Assembly: GCA_024704765.1 (NCBI GenBank)
Contig: JAKMXF010000326.1
Span: 124,001-188,000 of the forward strand
Reading direction: 5' to 3'
Length of the DNA stretch: 64,000 nt
Source of the DNA: Oopsacas minuta
Taxonomy: Eukaryota; Animalia; Porifera
Part shown: positions 38,051 through 50,261 of the stretch, one piece after another
Numbering within the stretch: the stretch's first letter is position 1
Layout of the letters: every line of letters starts with the position of its first letter
The notes under the pieces: generated by a model
What the model was told of the DNA's origin: nothing
Seen by the model: the letters and a program-made list of their open reading frames with translations, nothing else
Database searches by the model: none
Position numbers and translations under genes: made by a program

Positions 38051-40961
38051 CATGGGTAACTGAAAAAACATTGTGACATAAAAAATGAGGTCGTTGAGAT
38101 TTTTTCACTTTCTTATACAGAATTTTATGAGGAATCCGAATATACACTCCAAAAGATTTTCCTACAATTAAAAATTTTTTTGCAGATTATACAAAAAATT
38201 ATGAAATCAAAAAATTCTGGCTACAATAATTTTAACATATCCCCATTTTTAATATATTATCGTGATTCTTCGCTGATATACTTCTTTCTAGAATTCAATT
38301 TAATTACTAGTTACCTAATAGAATTGATGTTTTTAACGAATTCCTATCCAAAATGTCATTACCATGGCAACAAAATGAAACGTAGGAATTTACGCAATAG
38401 TTTTCAATCTAGCTAAGTAGTACTTGTATGATATTACATTTAGGATATATACGTGTAATTATTGATTAATTCAGTTAAAGCAAATGAGTGAAGAAACGAA
38501 ACATGAACATGCAAAAACTAGAATTTGTCGCTGGTGTTGTTCGAATGTTGGCAACATTGTTTTGAGGAATAATCACCTAAAGGACACTAAGTTGGTGAAT
38601 TATATAACCAATCAATATTTTAGAAGATAATCGCCCTTATATCGTGTGTAATACTTGTAAGCTCTACTTGTTTACTCTGTCCTCAGGGGATACGACGAGG
38701 AAAACACCTGCACGATATGATTGGCCCTTAATTCGTAACGCGCTTAAACACCTGCCGCATTGGGAACTTATGTTCAATGTGTACCGAGAGTTCAAGGTTC
38801 GGTCGCAAGAATCAAGCTTCATCTTCGATAATTCATATAAAGCCAGGAAGACCAGCAATCAATTCACCTCAAAAGACGATCAAGATATGTAACAAATGTG
38901 CGAGTCGTATTAGTCCTGGAGTTAGTCATATCTGTTTGAAAAAGACATTGATTACCAACGCACATAATATGTTGGAACACCATAATGCTATTGATACATT
39001 CGTTGGTGATAATGTATGCCAAAGATTACATGAATGTAGCCACAACAAATATTCAATTCAGTTGCCTAAAACTTCAGGTGGGAATCCGTTTCATCTTTCT
39101 GTCTCCTCTTCCAGTACTGACGAACGTCCAGCTAAATTACCAAAAATGGATTTCTCTCACATCGCGAATTTGAAGTGTTCAGGAATGTCATTGTCTAATA
39201 AGCAGTTAAAGGTAGTAACTCGAATTATTAGAGATGTCAGAGTACCATGTCCATCAATGGATAGCTACTATAGAGAACGACATTTGTTGTCCGACGAAAT
39301 ATTCGAATGCATCCAGATCAAGCTGGACTATAGTAAAGAGAAATACAAGTCAGAATATAGGAACTCCTGGATAGTGAGATGTTGCAATATCGATGCCCTG
39401 ATAGAAAAGATCTTTAATATCAGCGGAGAAATATCGGTACATGACCTTCATTTCAAGCTTGGATTAGACTTTGGTCGTGGTTTCACTAAACTACTTATGT
39501 GTCTACAGAATGATAATTTTGTCGATAACCTGGTTTATCTATGGGTTACGAGTGCCCCTGAGTGTAATTATAACTTCTCCGTTATGGTTCAAGATGACCA
39601 GATAAAACGGCTGATGGAAGAATACAACGTTTCATTTACGGTAGATTTGAAGCTGCTAGTTATTGCTTGGGAATGTTGAACGGACGTCACCCTTGTATAT
39701 GGTGTACTTGGGACAATAGAAGGGGTTTAGACAGTGTTCAGTGGGAAGAACGATCATCTGCTCACCATCTAGAGATGTTTCAAAAGCTTCAAGATATGTA
39801 TCAGGGAGATTCTAAGAATTATGCAATTGACTGCGATGGTATTGAGGATCGCCAAGCACTAAATGTATGGCTGGTAGATTTCATGCAAATGTTTAATCTT
39901 CCCGAGTTACATCTGTTACTTGGGATAGGACAGAAGTTATACGATGCCATCCTCATCACAATGTTTGAGGACGAAAAAGAACACCATGAAGCAATACTAA
40001 AAAAAACTGAATATTCATAGAAGTGCTTACCATGGAGGAGCATTTGAAGGTAATGCAATGAGGAAAATCACAAAGGAGGTATTGGAACTCGGGTTTCCAA
40101 AGAGTAATTCGTCTTATATCACGCTTGTAAAATTCAGGGATGTTGTTGATTCTTGCTTCGGGAAACACATAAAGGGAGATTTCAAAATGGCAGTATATCA
40201 TTTTGAACAATCATTTAAACAATCAGGAATTTCTTGCTCTACAAAAGTTCATGTTCTATGTAGGCACCTAATTCCGTTTATCACGAATTATCTTCCAGAT
40301 GGAATGGGTTTAGGATCAGTTTCAGAACAAGCATTTGAATCTGCCCATTCTAGATTTGGCAGAGTTTGGGAGACAAGATATAAGTGTCAAGAGGAAAATG
40401 AAAAATTCCCAGAGTGCTTATTAAACACAGTATCAGATTGTTAACTTCGTCAATTTCATAAATAAATCATAGTATGGTAAGCTAGGTCAGGTTCCACATT
40501 ATATTATATTTGTAATAAAAATAATTGGTTATGTTAAGGTTAAGCATCAATAATTACACGTATATATCCTAAATGTAATATCATACAAGTACTACTTAGC
40601 TAGATTGAAAACAATTGCGTGAATTCCTACGTTTCATTCTGTTGCCATGGTAATGACATTTTGGATAGGAATTCGTTAAAAACATCAATTCTATTAGGTA
40701 ATTAGTAATTAAATTGAATTCTAGAAAGAAGTATATCAGCGAAGAATCACGATAATATATTAAAAATGGGGATATGTTAAAATTATTGTAGCCAGAATTT
40801 TTTGATTTCATAAATTTTTGTATAATCTGTAAAAACGAATTTAATTGTAGGAAAATCTTTTGGAGTGTATATTCGGATTCCTCATAAAATTCTGTATAAG
40901 AAAGTGAAAAAATCTTAACGACCTCATTTTTTTTGTCATAATGTTTTTTCAGTTACCCGTG
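38051..40961 (+). mobile_element. Chapaev DNA transposon, full-length (2911 bp)
   Basis: 416-bp TIRs (38051-38466, 40546-40961) ending CATGGGTAAC / GTTACCCGTG; AGCA duplicated at 38047-38050 and 40962-40965 (4-bp TSD); single transposase between the TIRs. Confidence 0.9.
38484..40444 (+). pseudogene. Chapaev transposase (Chapa zinc finger plus RAG1/Transib-like DDE core), several frameshifts
   Basis: HEHAKTRICRWC (H-x7-C-R-x-C), EDNRPYIVCNTC, W, CSMC..G; then KLGLDFGRGFTK, TVDLKL..LG..HPCIWC, LPELHLLLG, YHGGAFEGN, STKVHVLCRH, GLGSVSEQAFESAHSRF. Frameshifts near 38620, 38730, 39665 and in an A8 run at ~40000. Confidence 0.88.
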
Positions 40962-43149
40962 AGCACCCCTAAAATCTTTATTGACTTTAAAATTTACCTC
41001 CATTAATTCACTAAAATTCCCTTTGTTAAGAAAATCTGGAGTTTCGTCATCTCCTCTGAAAGGTATTTCTCGTACACAGAAGTAACGAATATATTCCAAT
41101 AGGATATCAAAAATTTAACATTATTTTCCATTATATCTGACTTATGCGGGTTCAACCTTAATGCAATCGAAATGTGTTTGCGTAATATTTGTTCTTTTTA
41201 TTCCTGCCACTTAATCATACCAGTTATATGCTCTGATGATGTACTATGTTTACCTAGCCCTTTCTCCTTCAATTATGCTTTTCCCCAATTATCAAAACCA
41301 TTTTTAGTAAAGTTGTTTCTCGTTTGTAAGAACTAAAATATACGCATGGTAAATAATATATTCGATTCGTAGAAATAGTTTAGCTAATCCGAGGGTGAAT
41401 ATCATACCAACCACTCTGAAAACTATTATACTTTCGATTGTTAAATTTATTATCTAATATCGCCTTGGGGTACGAGGAAAGAATTGGCTGGGCAGGACCA
41501 GTGTCCTTCATACCTATATCCGTGGGAATTTCTAAATACAAGGATGGAAAATCATTAGGATCAGTTACATTGTATGGTCTAAATAATGATGCTTGGTCCA
41601 TTTGATTTGAATCCATACACCCTTGCCTAGCCGATTTTCATCAAGAGAGGAGTCATCTCAGGATCTCCGACTATTTAAAGAGAGGGTGTTAATAGTAGTC
41701 GGAGTTACAAAGAAATTTTCAAGACGTTGTCTTTTCATTAAGCTAATATGATTGAACACTGTACATTGTGATTGAAATTGATATAATTAGAAAATATAAA
41801 GATTTAAATATTGACAAATAATTTCAAACATCCTAGAGAATCCATGAAAAGTTGGGGGGTGCGCCCCCCCGGTAGATCCGTGCCTGACTTTGACTATCAG
41901 ATGTTAGGTTTTAACTGATTACTGCTGTAGTGTTACGTTTGTAACGACAAAAACACGATAATGTTACAACTTGGTTTTACCCTATTCCCGCAACCAAATC
42001 GAGATTGCAGTAATTTTTGACATCATAAAATAACACATTTCCTGGCTGTATTTGAATCGTCTCTGCTATGTTTTTCAGAAGAACTTTAACTTTAAATCGG
42101 CCAAAGGTGGATTTTCCTTACAAACGTCCTATTTGGTGCTTTAATTTTTGAATTTGGATGCAAATTTGCCAAATTGTATTTTCACTGTCTTAGAATTTTA
42201 TTAGAAATTTATTGTTAATATTTCTCACGAACCTGGGCTCATGGATAGAATGAATTTTCAAAAAAACTAGGAACAATGCCTTCGTTCAGCCGTTTTGACA
42301 CTATGGTACTGTTTGGATTTTATTGTTTACTTCATCAATTTTGGCACCCAACTGGGATTTAACGTCATAATCAAATTTGTTATTAATGTATAATTAAACA
42401 TTTTCCCGACAGTATTCGGCTAACACAGTTCAATTAGCATGCAAAATACCTCAATGGTTCTAATAGCGGAAAATATTTCACTGTGTTTCTTAAATGAGTT
42501 TTACATAGTAATTGGCCAATTTAACCACCATATCGTGACAATATGTCAATAAATATATTTTTCGTAATTTATTTCTAATGCCCTTGGACATAGCACTATT
42601 TTATTTATATTTATTTCTTGTCGATAATTGACCAATATACTTTTACAACTATTTTGACATTAATTAATTCGAAAAATTGAATCCTATGCTAATTGATTAT
42701 AACTGAAATTTCAGAATTCACAATTCGAACACCCTAAAGTACCTTCAGTAGTTGGCTAAGGGCACCCAGGACCTACAGGTTATTAGCGTAAGCCCTTACC
42801 GCTGACCACCGTTTTTCAACTCTCATGGGGTATGGCCACACCTTTTGGAAATTTTTGTATCATGACGACGACATCTTTGGGTAAGTTTTCGTCGTCTTGT
42901 GTCAGGTTTCGTCAAAATTGGTCATTGAGCTCCAAATGTCCACATAAAAATTTATGTTTCCACAGTTGGGTCAAGTTCGGTCTTATAACCATAGGTTGGG
43001 AATCACTGGTACAATAATATAGCTTAGATATAATAATAGCATAACAGTATAGATCCGACAAGTTAAAGTCTTGGATGTAAGTATGATGTCATTATCATCT
43101 TTTTGGATTTTCGAAAAATCAAATTATTCACTTACCAGTCAATATACAT

Positions 43150-43370
43150 GATAAAAGTTTGAAATTTGAATCGCAGGTATCCATCAATTTGACAAATGTC
43201 CTGACGTCATGATTCTGACCAAAAACTACCCATCATGAGATTATTACCTCATCATGACTGTACAAAAATTCCAAATTTTCTAAATTCCGAAAATTACAGA
43301 ATTTTTGAATATCCATAGTGTCACCACAGAAGGCCATTCAATGTAATCTGGATGGGCCAAAGATAATAAA
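43150..43370 (+). repeat. Dispersed repeat family copy (second copy at ~59120-59350)
   Basis: Shared TTTGAAATTTGAAT..CAGGTA..TGACAAAT.TCCTGACGTCAT...CTGACCAAAAACTA..ATCATG.GATTATTAC.TCATCATGACTGTA and TAGTGTCACCAC..AAGG blocks. Confidence 0.8.
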
Positions 43371-43571
43371 GTATTAATATTTTTCTGTGAAATCTTGGCT
43401 GTAGTGTTGAGTATATTCTTTCGCTAGCGACCAATGACACTATAAAATTTTGCTGTTTAATACTCAAGCTAACCTGGAGAACTATGCTGTCGCACAGCTA
43501 CCCTGCAAGCGAAGCCCGCTACCAACAATAAATAAGTGGCCCTTTTTTACGCTGTATTGGTAATTCTAATA

Positions 43572-44903
43572 TCAGGGCGTTCAATAAGTCTTGCCGGTCA
43601 TGTTATATATCAGGAATTTGTCGATTAGTATATCTAACTTTCATATATTATAAGCCCATTTAGTTAAACTCCATATACTGAAAGTTTCAAGCTTATTCAA
43701 TACATATTATTAAATTTTGAGATAATTACGTGTAGTCAATTCATACCTACTGTTGAATTTATGGCTTCAAAGGATGATAATTTCAACCTCAAATGGCGAG
43801 CTTACATAGAGTTTCGCACAATACTCAAGATCCAGCCCGTACAGATCTTCAGCGAGTTACAGGAGATATTATGCGTGGATTGCCCTTCAGATCGACTGTA
43901 GAACGATGGGCTTCCCGTTTTAGATCTGGCGATGCTGATGTCACAGATTTGCCTAGATCTGGAAGACCGGTATCCGCCACTAATTCTGAGAATATCGCAC
44001 TGATTGAAAGTACGGTCATGGAAGGCAAGTGCATTACAGTCAATCAGTTAGAACAAACAATGAAGATTTCATCGGGAGCTATTCATACAATTCTGATGAC
44101 TGAGCTTGGCTACCGATCGATTTGTGGGAAATGGGTCCCGCATAAGCTCAGTGAGAATCAAAGGTTGGCACGACTGAATATCTCAAAGAAACTCTTGGGA
44201 ACTTATGAGAACTGCGATTCTAGTCGCATAACAGAGATTATTCCTGGTGACCAGACGTGGGTATACTATTCAACACCATATAGCAAGTAGAAGAAGCGAT
44301 CATGGGTGAGGGGCGACGAACAACCGGCGAAAATTCCTAGGCCCGACTGGGGAAATTCTAAGAATATGTATACCATCTTCTTCAGTAGTCATGGAATTTT
44401 CTTGCACTTACCATCTGAGAGTGGCAAGGCTGTTACTGCTACTTTCTTTACAAAGTAAGTGCTTCAAACTTGATAGAAAATATAGAAAGTATCGCCCGAA
44501 AATCGGAACTCGAGGAATGAAGATATTAATTGATAACGCCAGCACCCATACAGCTAAGCTTACCAAAAATTTCTTGGCTGTAGAAGTGTTAGAATTACTT
44601 CCCCATCCGCCATACTTACCAGACCTAGCTCCGTGCGGTTTTGGCTATTCCCCAAGTTTAAATTCTACCTTCAAGGCAAAAGATTTTAACACATTACAAG
44701 CACTCGGAACGGGCCTGTACCAGTACTTCAAATCCATCCCCGAAGAAGAGTACAGAAATGTGTTTACAAGTGGGTGGAAAGGTTAAAACTTTGTGTATCT
44801 GCAGGAGGGGATTACTTTGAATAAATAATATAGTGAATTAGTGTGTATAATGTTTTGTATCATATTTTATGATATCACCCGCAAGACCTATTGAACGCCC
44901 TAG
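43572..44903 (+). mobile_element. mariner element, full-length, inactivated
   Basis: TIR (TC/CT)AGGGCGTTCAATA(A/G)GTCTTGC with TA flanks. Transposase from ATG 43761 to stop 44824: DLPRSGRP, GKWVPHKL, IIPGDQTWVYY, ILIDNASTH, PYLPDLAPCGF; frameshifted. Confidence 0.93.
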
Positions 44904-45639
44904 TATTCTTCTACGTCATTTAATTTACACTTGTCGTGTTTATTGTTATTGGGTCAAGTTGGAACTACTCTGTGAATTCAATAATACCGGAGAATATTTT
45001 TGTGGATAATTGAATAATTTGAATGCTGTGTAGGAATTTTCACTTTGATATTAGTGGTTATTGATTATCTGTTCTAAAAACAGCCTCGGAATTGTATTAA
45101 CTTAGGCGCCAAGTTTGGGGACATTGGGAGTGATGACCCTGCCAGACTTTGAGGTGAAGTCTATGAAATTTATATAGTTGGTTGTATCAATTTCGCATGA
45201 TCAAAGGTGAATATGTTTTACACCCTATTTCGTCTCGTGGGTGAATAAAATGTGCATCATTGCCCAGTCAGAAAGTTCTTGCGGTTTACTTCTAAAGTTA
45301 TAATCAACATATTAAAATTGTAGAGCCCGCTTCGATGCTCTAAATTGTTTTCGTCAATTCCATTATCATCTTTTGGTTGCTATGATTTATGATTGTTTCA
45401 AAACTATATCTTTCTCCCCCAAGCGACGTTTGTAGATAAGAGTAAGCACAATAATCATAGGGTGGATTGAAAACCTTCAAATTTATCAGTTATAAATTTG
45501 TTACTTTGGGCTAGCTGGTAATTCAAATTATGTTTGGATGATTATAGGAATAAAAGCCTAGACTCAAGTGTACTATGCACAATCCCTACACCCTGCGACA
45601 ATTTCAAATTTACGGACAATGATAAAGAAGATTATCTCC

Positions 45640-46330
45640 TGTTAGGGCCGCATTGAGGTTAGTCTGGCCCCTAGGCTGTCCAAAATTTTATGACCTCTAT
45701 ATGTCTTACACCGTACCGACCCAACAGTATTCAGATTAAAATAGCCCACAATAGATTAACCTAATAAAACGTACACTACAGAAATATTTTCTACATCGGA
45801 ATTCTGCGGCACTTATTCTTTGCGAATTCATCAAGCAGATTGCTGAAATCGGGCCCGCGTAACATTTTGTGATCTCGGCCTATAAGAATGATAATGACCA
45901 AATGTTATTGTGCCATGGTTGATCGCAATTGGCTCTTGAAACGAGCTAGCTTTAAAAAGGAACTCTCACCTTCATACTTTGTAATCATCATGCAAAGGTT
46001 GTCTACGAATCATTATGTAGACTTTAGGAAATGTCTGATCTCGGCTGAGCAATGTGAGTAGAATGAATAATTTTAACTTCAGGTTCGTTAGAAGGCCTGC
46101 TGACCCTTCTCTGATTTCACAAAATTAACGAACCAGTCCAGTCGGAGATTGTAAACGTACGCAATTTCGTCCATACAATTTGTTTTGTTTGATTCATCAT
46201 CCCTGATGCTTTCTGAATCTGAATCAGCCGAGTGCCAGCTTGGCACTCTTGAGGGTTTTGTTTAGTGAGCCACTTTGATGTCATTTTAGTCACTTTTACA
46301 TACATTAGATGCTTATAACCCAATCATCAT
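45640..46330 (-). mobile_element. hAT 3'-end remnant (dimerisation domain)
   Basis: NLCMMITKYEGESSFLKLARFKSQLRSTMAQ..LLDEFAKNKCRRIP at ~45790-46010; GC-rich end TAGGGCCGCATTGAGG at ~45643. Confidence 0.6.
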
Positions 46331-48427
46331 ATTTAGAACGTAGTTTATGATTCTATTGGAGTAGTTATTCGACACTACATAATTATACCGAATTTGTTGA
46401 TCGTTGTTAATTTTTTGAAGAAGTTGAAGAATAGTAATGTAAATTTGAATTGCGACAATAAATATCATACTTGATCTTTTCTAAATATAACAACTTGTTC
46501 AAGCCTCTCTCTTTCTTTCAATTTATTTATTCACAAAAGGGCTCATGACTATACATATAAGTAACAACAATATCGAAGGATATTGATTATCTACATTATT
46601 TATTATTATTTTATTGAAACTTGTATTGTAGAAATTTTATATTTCATGAGTTAACTATACGGTGAAGTCCCTAAATTGAATTTTTTGGGTTAACAAGTTA
46701 CGATCAGAACTATAACAATACTGATGGTATGACTTCACATACTACTAATTATCTAAGCAAGTATTGAATAGTCATAATTACAAATATAGTTTATGCAATA
46801 ATTGCAATACTATTAAAACGCAATAATTATTGTAAATCAACTGAGAAATTGCAAAAATCAAAAATCATAGAAAAGCTACTAATGACCCCCAGTTTCTAAA
46901 GGAAATTGAATTCTAGATACGAAAGAAGGGAACAATGAATTTTGGAGGGGTTCTGGAGAGAAATAACTTTATATTAAAATTTTTTTATATGGTTTCAAAG
47001 ATAGGACAATTTTTTGTATTTTTGCAGAAGTATTTGCTTACTAACCAAATATATTTCCACAAGACAAAAAATTTTATTTTATGGATTGATGGCATGTATA
47101 TCTACAAATGTCTTGTATATTTCCCAGCATAGAAATGCCTTGTTCGTTTAACCAATCCCTGGTCCCTTATAAATTACCACTGATATTGCCGTAGTGTATT
47201 AGAGTGCTCTTAACGTATATATGAAAATGATGGAACATCACCACATAATCCGAATTAACATTTAATTGCAGTTCTTAAATGATTTGAGGAGGTTATAGTT
47301 GGGTGGCGAAATCTTGCGAAAATTAATAATCAAAATATTTAATGATTGAAAATATAAAACTGGGCCAGATTCAGAAAGGGTGTAAAGAAAGTTTTCATGC
47401 ACTATATCAATTTCCAAAGTCAAAACTATGTTACTCAGAAGTGCATACATATATACATGTACCCAGCCCCGGGATACCGTAAGAGTTATGGTTTTGTCTT
47501 TTTCGACCTTATTGAGTGAACTATACGTTGCTTACAATGTTTGACTATCTAGTTGCTGAGCTCTGCAAATGTATTTTAATCGAATTTATACCGTAATAAA
47601 ATGGGATAAGCTGGTAAATCTTTGATAGCAGACAAGTACAAATGCCTTTATATGATATTTTGGGTTATTATGATTTAAGGAAAGTTCTATTGTTCGAATA
47701 GTGTTTTCAGGTATATTATCATATTTCACCGCCAGCATCTATTATCATCTATTAGTCATTTTCTGGTTAGAGAAATAATGAATAGTGGGTGGAGAATGTA
47801 TGCTTACGGTTAACCGAATTATTCTGATATCTGACATTCTCCTGTGTTTCAATCAGTGAATGAATTGTTATTCATTGTGTAACTTGTGTGAAGTAACCTA
47901 TCTAGAGTTTATTGCAAACCAGTCCCCTTGACCATATGACTAGTCGGTAATTGAAAGTTTTGTGAGTGTTCACCAAAGGTCTATAAAGCCATACAACATA
48001 TTTTGTATTTTTGGGGATAACAGTTGAAATCGGTCAGGTTTTTCATGTCCCTATCGATCAGTCAATTATGTTACTCAAACTACCCTACCGGCTCACAGCC
48101 CGGTCGACCTACCAGTGGCGTTCAATTTGACCGATTTTATCTCTTGTAGAAAGCTCAAAATATATTCCAATTTTAGGAATATTATGTAATTTTTCTAATA
48201 CAGATTCTAAGCATTTTCTACACGTATCATTAGATAACATTAGAATCTTATTGATATATTTCATTAAATAACCGAACATTTAGATTGTCAAGAAAGCGCT
48301 ACATGGTACTATTCTAATCACTATAATATTTTCCAAGCCGATCAGTCCATACCAGACTAAGCTTATCCGAGGTTACTGTACTGTTTTATATTTGTAATTA
48401 TTGATTTTTATCAAATCTTTCTTTTAG

Positions 48428-49650
48428 CCATCGAAAATCATCTTAAAAGTTCGGATCAAACTATTAGGGTTAAATCTGATAGAGATAAAAGATTTAGAAC
48501 TCAGAAAAATCTCATAGCTCCAAGTATTTCTCTTCCAGATGATTACTCACAAATTTCCCATAATTCATCTTTGAAAATCAAATCCTCTTCTAAGAAATCA
48601 TCGGAAAATGTCAAGTGTTGCACTCCAAACGAAAGTTCGCGAAAGGGAACATCTATATTGGATCTAACTGAAAGAATCACTAGCGATGCAACTTCAATTA
48701 TCCAGCCCATACCTAATAGTATCAACCTTTCGAAAATTTCCAATTCTGATGCAGTACTCAAGCAGATTTTGGTACCCCACAACTTATTTCACAATGTTGA
48801 AGTTGTTGAGAATATATCTGAAGTCAAGACTTCAGCCAATCAATTCATAGATTCATCTTCCGAACTTTCAATAGTTCATGATAAATTATCATTAAATTCA
48901 AATCTCAAGAGAAAGCATAATCGTAAATATTGTGAAGTTGTTGGGAAAAAGTTAAGGAAATCTGATGACTGCAATTTACCAAGACGAGATACTTCTCAAC
49001 ACAAAGATCGTCGCAGTGTTATAAAGAATGAAATGAGGTCTTCCTCAAATTTGAATTCTAAATCTGACTCCCCTTTGAACGTTATCAAGGATGGTTTAGA
49101 GATTTATGATTCCCTTAGTGATATCGATCAAGTTACTCTTTTGGAGGAAGATCTTTATTCTCATAATTTTGTGAATTTTGCAAATGGTACTCATCTTCTT
49201 CATATTGATTGGGCTGGCCTTAATTTTAATACTTCTATCCACTTTCAACCCCAAACTATCGCGCACCATTCTCTTATCTCACAAGTAGGACTTAGTTATT
49301 CATTATTGGGCGAGGATACTTTTGTCCAATGTGTCAAGAATCTTTTTAATCAAAAGCCCAACCCTCAAATTCTTTCATGCATACGGCAACTTGGATTTGG
49401 TGCTTTCATCGAGGATATAATACATCTAGAAAAAGATCGAATTGAAATAGAACTTGATTGTTGTAAACACTATGGTTATATTAAGTGCAGGGATATCTAT
49501 TTGAGGCGCATTATTTCTGGTTATAGAGGAATCCTTAATTCTAGCTCTGATTCTTTATCAGGAGCTAACTATAATTCTCCATGTGTAACAACAGAATTAT
49601 TTAACTCAGCACTACATATATATCATAGGTCCACGTCTAGCACTAAATGA
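48428..49650 (+). CDS. Host gene exon (probably terminal), uncharacterised; Ser-rich linker followed by ~170-aa globular domain
   Basis: Frame of ORF 48571-49650 stays open upstream to the acceptor TCTTTCTTTTAG|CC at 48427/48428 (phase 1); 407 sense codons without a stop in AT-rich DNA. Confidence 0.75.
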
Positions 49651-50261
49651 ATTGATTTGTTATTTTCGATACATTGAGTAATTAAAATTCAGGTGAAATT
49701 CATGCTTGCTATATAATATGTGTACTACTAATATACTGCCGTATCTAAAGTCTTCATACACCCCAAATTCCTTTTTCACATTTTACAATCATTACCCAAA
49801 GAATTGTCGTTTGGCGAAATCCTACATTCAGATTTACTTTCTACAGCTTTGGAATACACTAGAAAGAATTTTTCTAACATATGTATCGATTTTCGCAGAG
49901 TTATTGCTATTTGTTTATATATGCCACTTTAAACACAACTGACAGGAACACAAATCGACACATGTATACTATTGGAATTTCTAAGGTATCAGTTAACGCT
50001 CAATTAATCTTAAGGAAAAATTGGAGATAAGTAAATTTCCAATGCTATTAAAGTATAGAAATGTGTCTCTGGCACTACATACCTATGACTCTCCCAAAAA
50101 ATAATACAAAATTCTTATATTATATCTAGAGTACTTCAACTCTCAGAAACCCAATTACAGTGATAGGAATTGCCTAACTAATAAAGGGTTTTATTCCTGA
50201 CCATCATTTCCCTTGCATGCATCCGGGATTGGCCTCGTTCTCAATTCCTGGATCCTTGATT

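Larger units (their letters stand above)
36276..41886 (-). mobile_element. hAT transposon (ZMYM1-like), heavily degraded, hosting the Chapaev element
   Basis: Imperfect TIRs CATGGACGGATC / GATCCGTGCCTG with G/C tracts. N-terminal YPK..FNNRKYNSFQSGWY (41380-41616), ESKDNSGHEQLSFCIRF..ERILGF..VAVSMDG (37676-37903), LPVSTASVER.FS dimerisation motif (~36680-36730). No TSD match. Confidence 0.8.

Noticed and set aside
38180-40811. Duplicated small ORFs 38180-38416 (+) and 40596-40811 (-) encoding the same peptide
   Set aside because: They are simply the two TIRs read in opposite directions; AT-rich, with no protein-like features.
38051-40961. ProtoRAG/RAG1-RAG2 transposon or RSS-like 12/23 ends
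   Set aside because: No second gene fits between the TIRs, the TIRs are symmetric, and the TSD is 4 bp rather than the 5 bp of Transib/RAG.
42755-42815. tRNA or tRNA-derived SINE head on the minus strand
   Set aside because: No complete cloverleaf or clear B box, and it overlaps a degenerate Buster-like MITE end (42807-43008) that lacks a TSD.
49150-49230. RSBN1-like motif guess for NFANGTHLLH
   Set aside because: Only a few residues resemble it and the downstream sequence does not continue the match.
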